This document shows positions 19,335 to 27,418 of a DNA stretch of 64,000 nucleotides, piece after piece. Origin of the DNA: an uncultured Rickettsiales bacterium (lineage in GTDB: Bacteria > Pseudomonadota > Alphaproteobacteria > Rs-D84); assembly GCA_900550565.1 (NCBI GenBank), contig URSG01000002.1, positions 5,123-69,122 of the forward strand, written 5' to 3'. The notes below the pieces were generated by a model, which did no database searches, was not told the origin of the DNA, and was given only the letters and a program-made list of their open reading frames with translations. A program made the translations under genes and the position numbers. Position 1 is the stretch's first letter. Each line of letters begins with the position of its first letter.

Positions 19335-19682
19335 CTATTCACCCCAAGACCAAGTCCTCTCTTGACCAGATTCCTGTTCGCTTACCTGTTTTACAACTCG
19401 CGGCTTACCATAATACACCTCTCTCGCACGGACACTTGCTTCGGCAATAATTTCTTTTAATAGCCCTATACTGAAAAAAATGGATACGACTATAAAACAC
19501 AAACCAATCCAATAGAAAAAGTTCAAATCGCCCCAACGATTAGCGTCACTCGCAGCAATGCTTATGCATAAACCGCCAATAAATCCTGTTGCAAAAGCAA
19601 ACCAAAAATAATTAGGCCAATATATAGGCGAGATTTTTTCTTTTTTAGAAACATTACTAATATTTTTTGTATCGTTGCTCAT
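19335..19682 (-). CDS. Small two-TM membrane protein (hypothetical), co-oriented 15 nt downstream of the helicase gene
   Basis: 115 aa; FWFAFATGFIGGLCISIAA and FFYWIGLCFIVVSIFFSIGLL helices; AT-rich codon usage like the helicase. Confidence 0.6.
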   Translation of the reverse strand: MSNDTKNISNVSKKEKISPIYWPNYFWFAFATGFIGGLCISIAASDANRWGDLNFFYWIGLCFIVVSIFFSIGLLKEIIAEASVRAREVYYGKPRVVKQVSEQESGQERTWSWGE

Positions 19683-19697
19683 CTTTTACTCCTTTTG

Positions 19698-21770
19698 TTA
19701 CTTATTGAGATCACCTTCTATCACAAATGGTGATATTTGTGTTTGCATATCTTCTGCTATGTTTACGCTTCTGTACAAATGCAAATACTTTTTCGCCCTT
19801 GTTGTTGCAACATAAAACAATCGTCGTTCTGCCTCAACCTCCTCTGGCGGAACAGTGCTCGTATTACTTGGGAAACATGGCCAGATACCATCAATACAAT
19901 CTAAAATAATGACCTTTCCAAACTCTTGTCCTTTCACTCTTAATGCAGTCGACAAAATTATTCTTGGTTTTTCTTCAATCAATATGTTGTCATTATCTGC
20001 CGAACATGCCGCCCGATCTATTGCCCTATTAAAGTCGTCAACAAACCCATCAAAATCTTTGTCATATTTAGTAGCAAACGACAACAAGCTTGCCAACGGT
20101 GGGTCTTTGTAATACAAATCTTCCAACGAACGATTATAATTTTGTTGAAATCCCCCAAAGCAACCTAACAACACATCCAAAGTATCATATACATTTTCTG
20201 CTTTCATAAATTTATCCAACGCAACATGAAAATCCACAACATAATCACGTAAGAAAACTTTTTCAAATCTAGGTTGTTTTTCCCCTAAAAACAACAAGAT
20301 TTTGTCTATATTATCGATTGTAGCATAATTTGCATTCAGGGCTCTATAAAGTGTTTCTCTGGCTTCTTTATAAAATTCATTCTTACTAAACATACAGACC
20401 AAATCTGTCAAATTCCCCGGTCCAAGTTTCGATTTCCTTTTTATGTCCATCGCCCTATTCAAATTTGCCGCAGCTGACGTATAGAAAAAGGCCAAGTCAT
20501 CACTCACAGAATATGAAATATTTTCCTTGGTCAGCAAAATCTGATACGGCAACAATGCAGATTTTTTACGCGATAGTACTGCAACTGTTTCATCAGAATT
20601 ATTAGCCAATGTTACTTTTATGTCCTGAATAATGGCATCAACCATATTTTCTGCCCCATCATATTCCTTTAATTGTATTTCCGCTTGAGCAACTGATGAT
20701 TTTGCCACAACATTTTTATCAACGCGATTTTGATTATTTTTAATCAATTTCATTGATTTCTCTACAATGTTTGCTGGTGAACGAAAATTTTCATCTAGTA
20801 CAAACGTCTTGAATTTTGCGCCAAAAATTTTTTCTGGGTGCAATATAAAATACGGACTAGCGCCCCTAAATTCATAAATAGCTTGGTCATCATCACCAAC
20901 AATAATCAATGACGCACCTGTTATTTGTTGTAAATTTGATATCAACTGTAAATCTAGTGGAGACGTATCTTGAAATTCATCGATAAAAATATAATCAATC
21001 TTCGCTGCACCTGTACGCTTTTGTTTTTTTCGGATTTTTTGCGTCAAATCCACATTTGCAAAATATTTTTGATCATCAAATGTATATTGGCCTGTTCCTA
21101 ACATTTGTTCGCAGCAATCACACCAAAAAGGAATCCAATGTCTGACTATATATTCATGTTTACGCTCATCAGGTTTATCCAGCTCTTTTTTACCGATCAA
21201 TAACAAAACCTGACGCATAATCGCACTGTAATATCTGTACAATGAAACCTTTTTTATAAATTGCAAATGTTCATTATAAATCTCCATATTTTTAGAAAAA
21301 TTTCGTGAAAAATCGGTATGTTTGAAACCTATGTTCTTAAATTCATCTATCAGTTCCAAGATTTTTTCACTATTATGAACTCTGGCACGCTTTGTCAACA
21401 AAGGTTCATATTTGTCACTATATGCCGCTTTTGTCCATATTGGTTGTAATGTATTTAATACATACCATTTTGTATCTTTTCCAGACACGATTCGCGGGTT
21501 TCTTAATACGTTTGCTTTTATATAATTATTTCCCCAACTGTTCAATGTATGAACGGTCACACAAGTATCATTATCGCAACGAGTTCTTATTTCTTCGGCG
21601 GCATTTCTTGTAAATGTAAAAATTGATATTTTTACCTTTGGATTATCACTGAACAATTTCTTTGCTTTTTCAACAATTGAAAAAGTTTTTCCGCATCCAG
21701 CTGGTGCTAACAAACGAATAAACGCTTCTTTGCTATTTACAAAATTCATTTGTGCTTTTGTCATCGCCAT
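19698..21770 (-). CDS. UvrD/Rep/PcrA-like superfamily-1 DNA helicase (stand-alone, no nuclease domain)
   Basis: 690 aa; motifs I APAGCGKT, Ia TFTRNAAEE, II IFIDEFQD, III IVGDDDQAIYEFRG, IV FRSP, V LRVKGQEF, VI YVATTRAK. Strongly AT-rich relative to neighbours. Confidence 0.85.
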   Translation of the reverse strand: MAMTKAQMNFVNSKEAFIRLLAPAGCGKTFSIVEKAKKLFSDNPKVKISIFTFTRNAAEEIRTRCDNDTCVTVHTLNSWGNNYIKANVLRNPRIVSGKDTKWYVLNTLQPIWTKAAYSDKYEPLLTKRARVHNSEKILELIDEFKNIGFKHTDFSRNFSKNMEIYNEHLQFIKKVSLYRYYSAIMRQVLLLIGKKELDKPDERKHEYIVRHWIPFWCDCCEQMLGTGQYTFDDQKYFANVDLTQKIRKKQKRTGAAKIDYIFIDEFQDTSPLDLQLISNLQQITGASLIIVGDDDQAIYEFRGASPYFILHPEKIFGAKFKTFVLDENFRSPANIVEKSMKLIKNNQNRVDKNVVAKSSVAQAEIQLKEYDGAENMVDAIIQDIKVTLANNSDETVAVLSRKKSALLPYQILLTKENISYSVSDDLAFFYTSAAANLNRAMDIKRKSKLGPGNLTDLVCMFSKNEFYKEARETLYRALNANYATIDNIDKILLFLGEKQPRFEKVFLRDYVVDFHVALDKFMKAENVYDTLDVLLGCFGGFQQNYNRSLEDLYYKDPPLASLLSFATKYDKDFDGFVDDFNRAIDRAACSADNDNILIEEKPRIILSTALRVKGQEFGKVIILDCIDGIWPCFPSNTSTVPPEEVEAERRLFYVATTRAKKYLHLYRSVNIAEDMQTQISPFVIEGDLNK

Positions 21771-21796
21771 TTTATTGTCCTTTTATAAAAAATACC

Positions 21797-21971
21797 ACCT
21801 GAGCAATGCAGGTGGTTGGAGGTTCAGAACTATAATGCGTTGAAAATAGCGGGCTTATTTTAATATATCGCCACCCTCCAACCTTTCATTGATTGGAGGT
21901 ATTTTTTGTCCCCACGGACACAACGCATAAACGGGTTCTGACGCCCCAACACGGCATCGCCATGTCATTGT
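21797..21971 (-). promoter_or_regulatory. Helicase 5' leader: promoter, short leader ORF, and alternative terminator/antiterminator hairpins
   Basis: On the - strand: TTGAAA-N16-TAGAAT (plus coordinates 22004-21977). Leader ORFs of 25 or 37 aa start at 21966 or 21971. Segments CCTCCAA / GGTTGGAGGGTGG / CCTCCAACCACCTG / CAGGTGG followed by a T-run lie 20 nt before the helicase ATG. Confidence 0.5.
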
Positions 21972-22027
21972 ATATTCTATCATTGATGCGAATTTTTTCA
22001 AGACGATAATTAAACCACAAAAAACAC

Positions 22028-22047
22028 CGCCCAAACGGGCGGTGGTT
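22028..22047 (-). terminator. Intrinsic terminator (CACCGCCC-AAAC-GGGCGGTG) downstream of the HdeD-like gene
   Basis: Same hairpin family as 19300-19319. Confidence 0.7.
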
Positions 22048-22060
22048 TATCATAGATTTG

Positions 22061-22699
22061 TTATCCAATTACATTACGTTTTAATTTCAGCAATTCTATA
22101 TACATATAGATATCAGATGCTGCATACAGCAACAATGTTATTGCCAGGTAATACACCACTGCGATTGGTGCCGCCATTGGCCAGAACAGCAATGCCACCG
22201 CCAACGCAACCAACACTATTGCCATCACCAGGTCAAAACCCCAATGCCCAAACCGCGCACGCGCCATATTGATTGCAAATATCAACGCACGCAGTGCCTT
22301 GAACAAGAACAGCGCGACAAATATCACCGTTATCACGCGGATTGACCCCGTCGGATATATACAGAACAACACACCTAACACCACGTTTAGCAGACCAAAT
22401 ATCACGTCAAACCATCCGCTGCCAACATTGCGCGACGCGATAAATCCGACGATTGTGCGATACAGTCCAAACAATCCCAATCCGATACCAATAATAAACA
22501 TAAACACAGTCAGCACCGCCATCGGCTTGAACGCCATCAGTATTGCGGCGATACCGAACAACAACCCTTCGCATAACAGCAATGGTGCTGATTTATCATA
22601 CAGACTCTGGACCGCTGTGGCAACGGAATCTGACGGTGTATGTTGCACACGGGTTGCGCGAACCGGCGTGGCTTTCTTAGTTGATTCTTTCTTTGGCAT
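22061..22699 (-). CDS. HdeD/DUF308-family membrane protein
   Basis: Six predicted TM helices with repeated G-rich helix pairs. Start at MPKKES is preceded by an AGGGGGG Shine-Dalgarno. Confidence 0.7.
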   Translation of the reverse strand: MPKKESTKKATPVRATRVQHTPSDSVATAVQSLYDKSAPLLLCEGLLFGIAAILMAFKPMAVLTVFMFIIGIGLGLFGLYRTIVGFIASRNVGSGWFDVIFGLLNVVLGVLFCIYPTGSIRVITVIFVALFLFKALRALIFAINMARARFGHWGFDLVMAIVLVALAVALLFWPMAAPIAVVYYLAITLLLYAASDIYMYIELLKLKRNVIG

Positions 22700-22826
22700 A
22701 TTAAATTCCCCCCTGTTTGTTATATAATAACATTGTAGTATTTTTGCACCCACGTTTCAAGTGTCGCGCATAGGTAAAAATTTCATCTGCGCCATAAAAA
22801 AATCGCCCCGATTGGGGCGGTTTTCA

Positions 22827-23279
22827 TTAAAACGGAATATCGTCGCCAATGTCTGCCACTGAAATTTCTTCGCGTGGTGCCGGTGCCGCTGTGTGCGCGT
22901 CATTTGTGCCTTGTGCGTCCAGACTTTTCGCACCTGCCAGAATAACCATCTGGCCAGCGAACTGGTTCAACACAACCTCGGTCGTGAAAACATCTGCGCC
23001 CTGTTGATTTTGCCATTTACGCGTGCGTAATGATCCCTCCAGATACAGCTTGGTCCCCTTTTGCAACATACGTTCTGCGACGTCAACCAAATTAGGATTG
23101 AAAATCACAACACGATGCCATTCTGTTTGTTCTTTTTGTTCGCCTGTTGCGCGGTCACGCCATCTGTCCGATGTCGCCAATGAAAAACTTACAACCTTTT
23201 GTCCGCTTTGCATTGTGCGCACCTGGGGTTCTTGGCCCACGTTGCCGACTAATATCACTTTATTTATACTGCCTGCCAT
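22827..23279 (-). CDS. ssb: Single-stranded DNA-binding protein
   Basis: OB-fold N-terminus; C-terminal acidic tail ...DIGDDIPF. Confidence 0.95.
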   Translation of the reverse strand: MAGSINKVILVGNVGQEPQVRTMQSGQKVVSFSLATSDRWRDRATGEQKEQTEWHRVVIFNPNLVDVAERMLQKGTKLYLEGSLRTRKWQNQQGADVFTTEVVLNQFAGQMVILAGAKSLDAQGTNDAHTAAPAPREEISVADIGDDIPF

Positions 23280-23445
23280 ATTCGCTTCCTTTGTTTCATT
23301 GTATGTTTAATGAAAGCAATTACGTGAAAAAAAAGCAAGTAAAAATAACAAATCTTGACTTTTTGGGCAAAAAAGTGTATAATTGACCCGTGAAAATGAA
23401 CAGGCGGCAAATTCTTGTGCGCCATCCCCACAAAAGGATTTATTT

Positions 23446-24714
23446 ATGCATGTGAACGAATTAAAGGCGAAATCGCCCCAGCAACTGCTGAAAATGGCCG
23501 AAGATATGGGCATTGAAAACCCATCGCAATTAAACGTGCAACAGTTGCGCTTTGCTGTGATGCGCGTGTTTGCCGCCGACAAGAAAATCACACTGATTGG
23601 CGACGGGGTTTTGGAACGTATGCAGGACGGATTTGGATTCTTGCGCGCCCCGGAAAGCAATTACTTGGCTGGGCCAGATGATTTATACGTGTCGCCTAAT
23701 TTGATTAAGAAATATGGTCTGAAAACCGGCGATTATATAGAGGGCCAAATCCAGGCACCCCAGAACGAATCCGAACGCTATTTTGCGCTGGAAACGATTG
23801 AACGCGTCAACGGTGATATGCCTGATAAATTACGTCACCGCGTGTCATTTGATGATATGACGCCACTGTATCCTGATGAAATGTTGCGTATGGAAATCCC
23901 AGACGACAAGGACAAAGGACGCAGTCTGTCCGCGCGCGTTATTGACCTGATTTCCCCAACCGGCAAGGGTCAACGCAGTCTGATTGTTGCGCCACCGCGC
24001 ACAGGTAAAACCGTTATGTTGCAGAATATCGCACATTCTATTGCGACGAATTATCCAGACGTAAAACTGATTGTTTTGCTGATTGACGAACGTCCCGAAG
24101 AAGTGACTGATATGCAACGCAGCGTCAAGGGCGAGGTTATTTCATCTACGTTTGACGAACCAGCGGCACGCCATATCCAGGTGGCCGAAATGGTCATTGA
24201 AAAGGCAAAACGTTTAGTAGAGGCTGGCCAAGACGTCGTCATCTTGTTGGATTCAATCACCCGTCTGGGGCGCGCATACAACACATGCGTCCCGTCCAGT
24301 GGCAAGGTTTTAACCGGTGGTGTTGACGCATACGCATTGCAACGCCCGAAACGTTTCTTTGGTGCGGCCCGTAATATAGAAGGTGGTGGCTCGCTGACCA
24401 TCATCGCGACTGCGCTGGTTGATACTGGTTCAAAAATGGACGAAGTTATTTTTGAAGAATTCAAAGGAACCGGCAACAGTGAAATTATTCTGGACCGTAA
24501 ATTGTCCGACAAACGCGTATATCCGGCGATTGATATTACAAAATCTGGTACGCGCAAAGAAGACCTGTTGGTGGGCAAAGACACACTGTCAAAAATGTAT
24601 GTCTTGCGTCGCATTATCAATCCAATGGGAACATTGGAAGCGATGGAATTCTTGCTGGACAAGTTGCGTCTGACAAAAACAAACGCTGACTTTTTCGGTT
24701 CTATGAATCAATAA
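23446..24714 (+). CDS. rho: Transcription termination factor Rho
   Basis: [16 protein letters not shown]-terminus, RNA-binding domain, Walker A PPRTGKT, Q and R loops. TTGACT-N17-TATAAT promoter at 23355-23383. Confidence 0.95.
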   Translation: MHVNELKAKSPQQLLKMAEDMGIENPSQLNVQQLRFAVMRVFAADKKITLIGDGVLERMQDGFGFLRAPESNYLAGPDDLYVSPNLIKKYGLKTGDYIEGQIQAPQNESERYFALETIERVNGDMPDKLRHRVSFDDMTPLYPDEMLRMEIPDDKDKGRSLSARVIDLISPTGKGQRSLIVAPPRTGKTVMLQNIAHSIATNYPDVKLIVLLIDERPEEVTDMQRSVKGEVISSTFDEPAARHIQVAEMVIEKAKRLVEAGQDVVILLDSITRLGRAYNTCVPSSGKVLTGGVDAYALQRPKRFFGAARNIEGGGSLTIIATALVDTGSKMDEVIFEEFKGTGNSEIILDRKLSDKRVYPAIDITKSGTRKEDLLVGKDTLSKMYVLRRIINPMGTLEAMEFLLDKLRLTKTNADFFGSMNQ

Positions 24715-24716
24715 CA

Positions 24717-24738
24717 AACGGGGCATTGCCCCGTTTTT
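24717..24738 (+). terminator. rho terminator
   Basis: AACGGGGC-ATT-GCCCCGTT then TTTTT. Confidence 0.7.
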
Positions 24739-24752
24739 AGTGGAACGATAAA

Positions 24753-24977
24753 ATGAAAATATATTTATTTGCGGCAACGACCGCATTTTTTTTATTTGCA
24801 TTTGGTTGTGGTGTCCGCATTGGCGCATTGCGCTGTGCGCGCGACGCCGGCCAACGCGCAATCACACAACAAAACAAAAACATTAAAACCCAGGTGACAG
24901 TATATGAAAAAACTATGCATACTGGCGTGCGTGATATTCGTCGCATCTTGCGCGAAAAATACACCATTGCCGAATAA
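24753..24977 (+). CDS. Small putative lipoprotein/secreted peptide (hypothetical)
   Basis: 74 aa; N-terminal hydrophobic stretch ending AFGC. Overlaps the next small ORF in another frame, so one of the two may be spurious. Confidence 0.3.
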   Translation: MKIYLFAATTAFFLFAFGCGVRIGALRCARDAGQRAITQQNKNIKTQVTVYEKTMHTGVRDIRRILREKYTIAE

Positions 24978-25089
24978 CGCTTGCGCGCCCTGTATTCCGA
25001 TTTACGGTCATAAAACAGATTGGGACCAAATCAGTGACGATTTGGCCCGCAATATTTACAAACATAATTTGATGTGCAACGAAATTTAA
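24904..25089 (+). CDS. Small putative lipoprotein (hypothetical)
   Basis: 61 aa; MKKLCILACVIFVASC lipobox-like; AGGTGA Shine-Dalgarno 9 nt upstream. Confidence 0.4.
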   Translation: MKKLCILACVIFVASCAKNTPLPNNACAPCIPIYGHKTDWDQISDDLARNIYKHNLMCNEI

Positions 25090-25928
25090 TCCGCCAACGC
25101 AATGCCCACCAGTTCACGAACAATTTGCGCGCTTTGTTCATCGTCGTCGCGTGGCGCATATTCCACAAATTCAAAACTGTGCGCATCAGGCGCGAATGCG
25201 TGTACCAACTGGCGCGCCGTGTCCAGCGACAAACCGTCTGGTTCCGGCACCAACACAGATTTAAATACGTCCGCATCAATCGCGTCAAAATCAAACGATA
25301 CAACGTATGGCCGATCATCAATTTGGCGAATAACTTCGCCTATGACGGCGTCAACTTTTTCCGGCGTGTCTAAATCCAGTGGCGTGCGCATAAATATATT
25401 ATTTTGGTTCACGCATTCAATTTCTGCTGGTTCGTATGAACGCGTCCCCAGGTAAAAAACATTTTCCGGGCGCAATGCCGGCACGCGTGATTGCAGTCCC
25501 AACCAACGCTGGTCGCCTGTTCCCAACAATGCGCGAACATTTGTTCCGTGTGGCGCGCCAGACGCCTGGGCGCGCGATGATTCAGGACTGTGAATATCCA
25601 AATGCGCGTCAATGTATATCAAACACAAATCTTGGTCCTGGATTCTGTCTGCCAACGCCGCAAAATGCCCAAAGTTGACCGAATGATCGCCACCAATTAA
25701 AACGTGCGATGCGCTGGGGGTCTGGGCATAAATTTTACGCTGAATCAAAAAGTTTTCACCGAATCTGTCGTTGTTCCATAATTCAGTGTCGCACGCATCG
25801 GCGGACACAATCGTCCACTTTGCATCAGGGAACATTTTTTGCACCGCCGCCGGGGCCAACGCCGGGCCACCGTCAACTAACTTTGCGGTCGCACCGCGTC
25901 CATACTCAATACCAAACAAAGATTTCAT
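25086..25928 (-). CDS. Arginase/agmatinase/formiminoglutamase-family ureohydrolase
   Basis: GGDHS, DAHLD, SFDFDAIDA metal-binding motifs. Confidence 0.8.
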   Translation of the reverse strand: MKSLFGIEYGRGATAKLVDGGPALAPAAVQKMFPDAKWTIVSADACDTELWNNDRFGENFLIQRKIYAQTPSASHVLIGGDHSVNFGHFAALADRIQDQDLCLIYIDAHLDIHSPESSRAQASGAPHGTNVRALLGTGDQRWLGLQSRVPALRPENVFYLGTRSYEPAEIECVNQNNIFMRTPLDLDTPEKVDAVIGEVIRQIDDRPYVVSFDFDAIDADVFKSVLVPEPDGLSLDTARQLVHAFAPDAHSFEFVEYAPRDDDEQSAQIVRELVGIALAD

Positions 25929-26728
25929 TTATACGACTCCACTATGCTCTGGGCAGCGTTTTTTATTTTTTGCAGCGATGTTTCATACGTCGCACAGTCG
26001 CGCGCGATTTCTGAACGATATGCGTCACGCAGGTTTGCCGCCATATAAAAACACCCACGCAAATGCTGCACACAATAATCATGACCTGTGGCAAACGCGT
26101 TTTGACCGCGCACCCTGCTTTCAGTTCCGGCCCAGTCAATATTTAGCGCGTCGTCCAGTTTTTCCCATGAATTTTCACCTGAATATTTACCAACAGCGTC
26201 CATCCAATACTGATTCATTTCTGCATCAGTCCAATTTTTCTTGGTCCGCATAGTCAGGATTTTTTTTATCAGCGTGTCAATATCCGTCTGGTATTTCGCA
26301 TCAATCTGCGCCAGGCTGGCACTGCAATAACAGCGATTGTATGCCGTATTTTCACGCTGGCAATATCCGTTCATACATTCTGTATAATCCGCCAAACACC
26401 GCACAGACGATATTGCAGTGCCGTCTGTTGCGATTGTGTTATTCGTCGTGGTATTGACCCGATTCACCGTGGTTGCGTCATCGCGACCGCCACGCGCAAC
26501 CACGCGGCGCGCCGAAACGCCACGTGACGTATTCCCAGTTGCCGTCCGCGTTGCCGAATTTGTCGCACTGCGCGCAGACATTCCACGCGCAACCACGCGA
26601 CGGGTATTTGCGACCCCAGAATTTGTTGCCGACGCCACTGGTGCAACCGCCCCAGTCTGTGTCACCGCCGCGCGCGCCGCCCCAGACGTCCCACGTGGCA
26701 CAACACGACGGGTAAAACTTTCTATCAT
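25925..26728 (-). CDS. T/R/A-rich repeat protein with a Cys-rich C-terminal domain (hypothetical); paralogue of the ORF at 63426
   Basis: Three RRVV(A/P)RG-containing repeats, then C..Y.ECMNGYC...CYC... Its ATG shares ATGA with the stop of the upstream mini-ORF. It has no signal peptide of its own. Confidence 0.65.
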   Translation of the reverse strand: MIESFTRRVVPRGTSGAARAAVTQTGAVAPVASATNSGVANTRRVVARGMSARSATNSATRTATGNTSRGVSARRVVARGGRDDATTVNRVNTTTNNTIATDGTAISSVRCLADYTECMNGYCQRENTAYNRCYCSASLAQIDAKYQTDIDTLIKKILTMRTKKNWTDAEMNQYWMDAVGKYSGENSWEKLDDALNIDWAGTESRVRGQNAFATGHDYCVQHLRGCFYMAANLRDAYRSEIARDCATYETSLQKIKNAAQSIVESYK

Positions 26729-26930
26729 ACAGGTATATGAGTAATTTTATTCGTCAGATACGGATACATATTATTGTATGAAGTAGCGCTGACATAATCA
26801 GATGCAACCGTCCCAGTTGGCACACGCCCAGTTGCACAAAGACCAGCCCCTGCGCCCCCTGCAAGAATAATAAACACGGCCAAAAATCGGACAATCTTAC
26901 TCATATACCTGTATGATAGAAAGTTTTACC
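26711..26930. repeat. 34-bp perfect inverted repeat (26711-26744 and 26897-26930) around a 152-bp spacer
   Basis: GGTAAAACTTTCTATCATACAGGTATATGAGTAA and its exact reverse complement, verified base by base. Confidence 0.9.
26725..26904 (-). CDS. 59-aa signal-peptide mini-ORF translationally coupled (ATGA) to the T/R-repeat protein
   Basis: MSKIVRFLAVFIILAGGAGAGLCATG... Below the 60-aa track cut-off. Its start and stop lie inside the two arms of a 34-bp inverted repeat. Confidence 0.45.
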   Translation of the reverse strand: MSKIVRFLAVFIILAGGAGAGLCATGRVPTGTVASDYVSATSYNNMYPYLTNKITHIPV

Positions 26931-27001
26931 CCCCACGTTCAAGCATAAAATAATATAAACATTTGCAATTCAAAAAAATGCTGTTATAATCTGTGTCGTT
27001 T

Positions 27002-27078
27002 CGGGGCGTAGCTCAGTCTGGTAGAGTGCTTGCTTTGGGAGCAAGATGTCGAAGGTTCGAACCCTTTCGCCCCGACCA
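27002..27078 (+). tRNA. tRNA-Pro (anticodon TGG)
   Basis: CGGGGCG TA GCTC AGTCTGGTA GAGT G CTTGC TTTGGGA GCAAG ATGTC GAAGG TTCGAAC CCTTT CGCCCCG A CCA. C1-G72 pair typical of tRNA-Pro. TTGCAA-N16-TATAAT promoter upstream. Confidence 0.9.
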
Positions 27079-27089
27079 TGAATAAAAAA

Positions 27090-27117
27090 ACGGTATCATC
27101 AGATACCGTTTTTTTAT
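27090..27117 (+). terminator. tRNA-Pro terminator
   Basis: ACGGTATC-ATCA-GATACCGT then TTTTTTT. Confidence 0.75.
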
Positions 27118-27130
27118 TCATTGATTGAGT

Positions 27131-27320
27131 GTGTGGGATTCGAACCTTCGGGAAAGAAGGTTCGAACCGCAGGCACAAGGCAGACGGCAGTATGCTGGTT
27201 CGCGTCAGCGAATGTGCCAAGGTCGGCATCAGCCAATCCTTTCGCCCCACGGCGGACGAGAACGAGTGCCCCACAGGCACGGCGCATTTATGCGCCAGCC
27301 GAGGGAATCTTTCGCCCTAT
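27131..27320. other. Cluster of partial copies of the tRNA-Pro 3' half plus an 11-bp-stem palindrome
   Basis: GAAGGTTCGAACC (13/13 match to the tRNA T arm), CCTTTCGCCCC (11/11), CTTTCGCCC (9/9), GGATTCGAACC. Hairpin TTCGAACCTTC-GGGAAA-GAAGGTTCGAA at 27139-27166. Confidence 0.6.
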
Positions 27321-27386
27321 TTCACTTTGGGTCGTTTTTTATTTTTTTCCGTGTGACGCGGATTCAAATTTAGTTCTTTTGCTTTT

Positions 27387-27398
27387 TTGTGATATAAT
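27387..27398 (+). promoter_or_regulatory. Extended -10 promoter TTGTGATATAAT for the HExxH gene
   Basis: Same 11-mer as at 4504, 17209 and 10779(-). ATG 27419 lies about 14 nt after the predicted transcription start, with an AAAGG Shine-Dalgarno. Confidence 0.5.
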
Positions 27399-27418
27399 TT
27401 GTGCAAAGGCAAAAAGAT

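Noticed and set aside
19296-22050. The near-identical ~38-nt modules at 19290-19326 and 22013-22050 as attL/attR direct repeats of an integrated element
   Set aside because: They are intrinsic terminators of the same genome-wide AAAC-loop family, each serving a convergent minus-strand gene. No integrase or recombinase is present. Similarity beyond the hairpin is mostly A-runs.
26984-27280. 98-aa minus-strand ORF and several short plus-strand ORFs (27121-27426)
   Set aside because: They overlap the tRNA-Pro gene, its terminator and the tRNA-fragment region; no coding features.
27120-27350. Permuted (two-piece) tmRNA gene next to tRNA-Pro
   Set aside because: T-arm-like fragments exist, but there is no CCA-terminated acceptor piece, no resume-codon reading frame ending in a hydrophobic tag (..LAA), and no pseudoknot-like organisation I could trace. 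Scattered att-like remnants explain it better.
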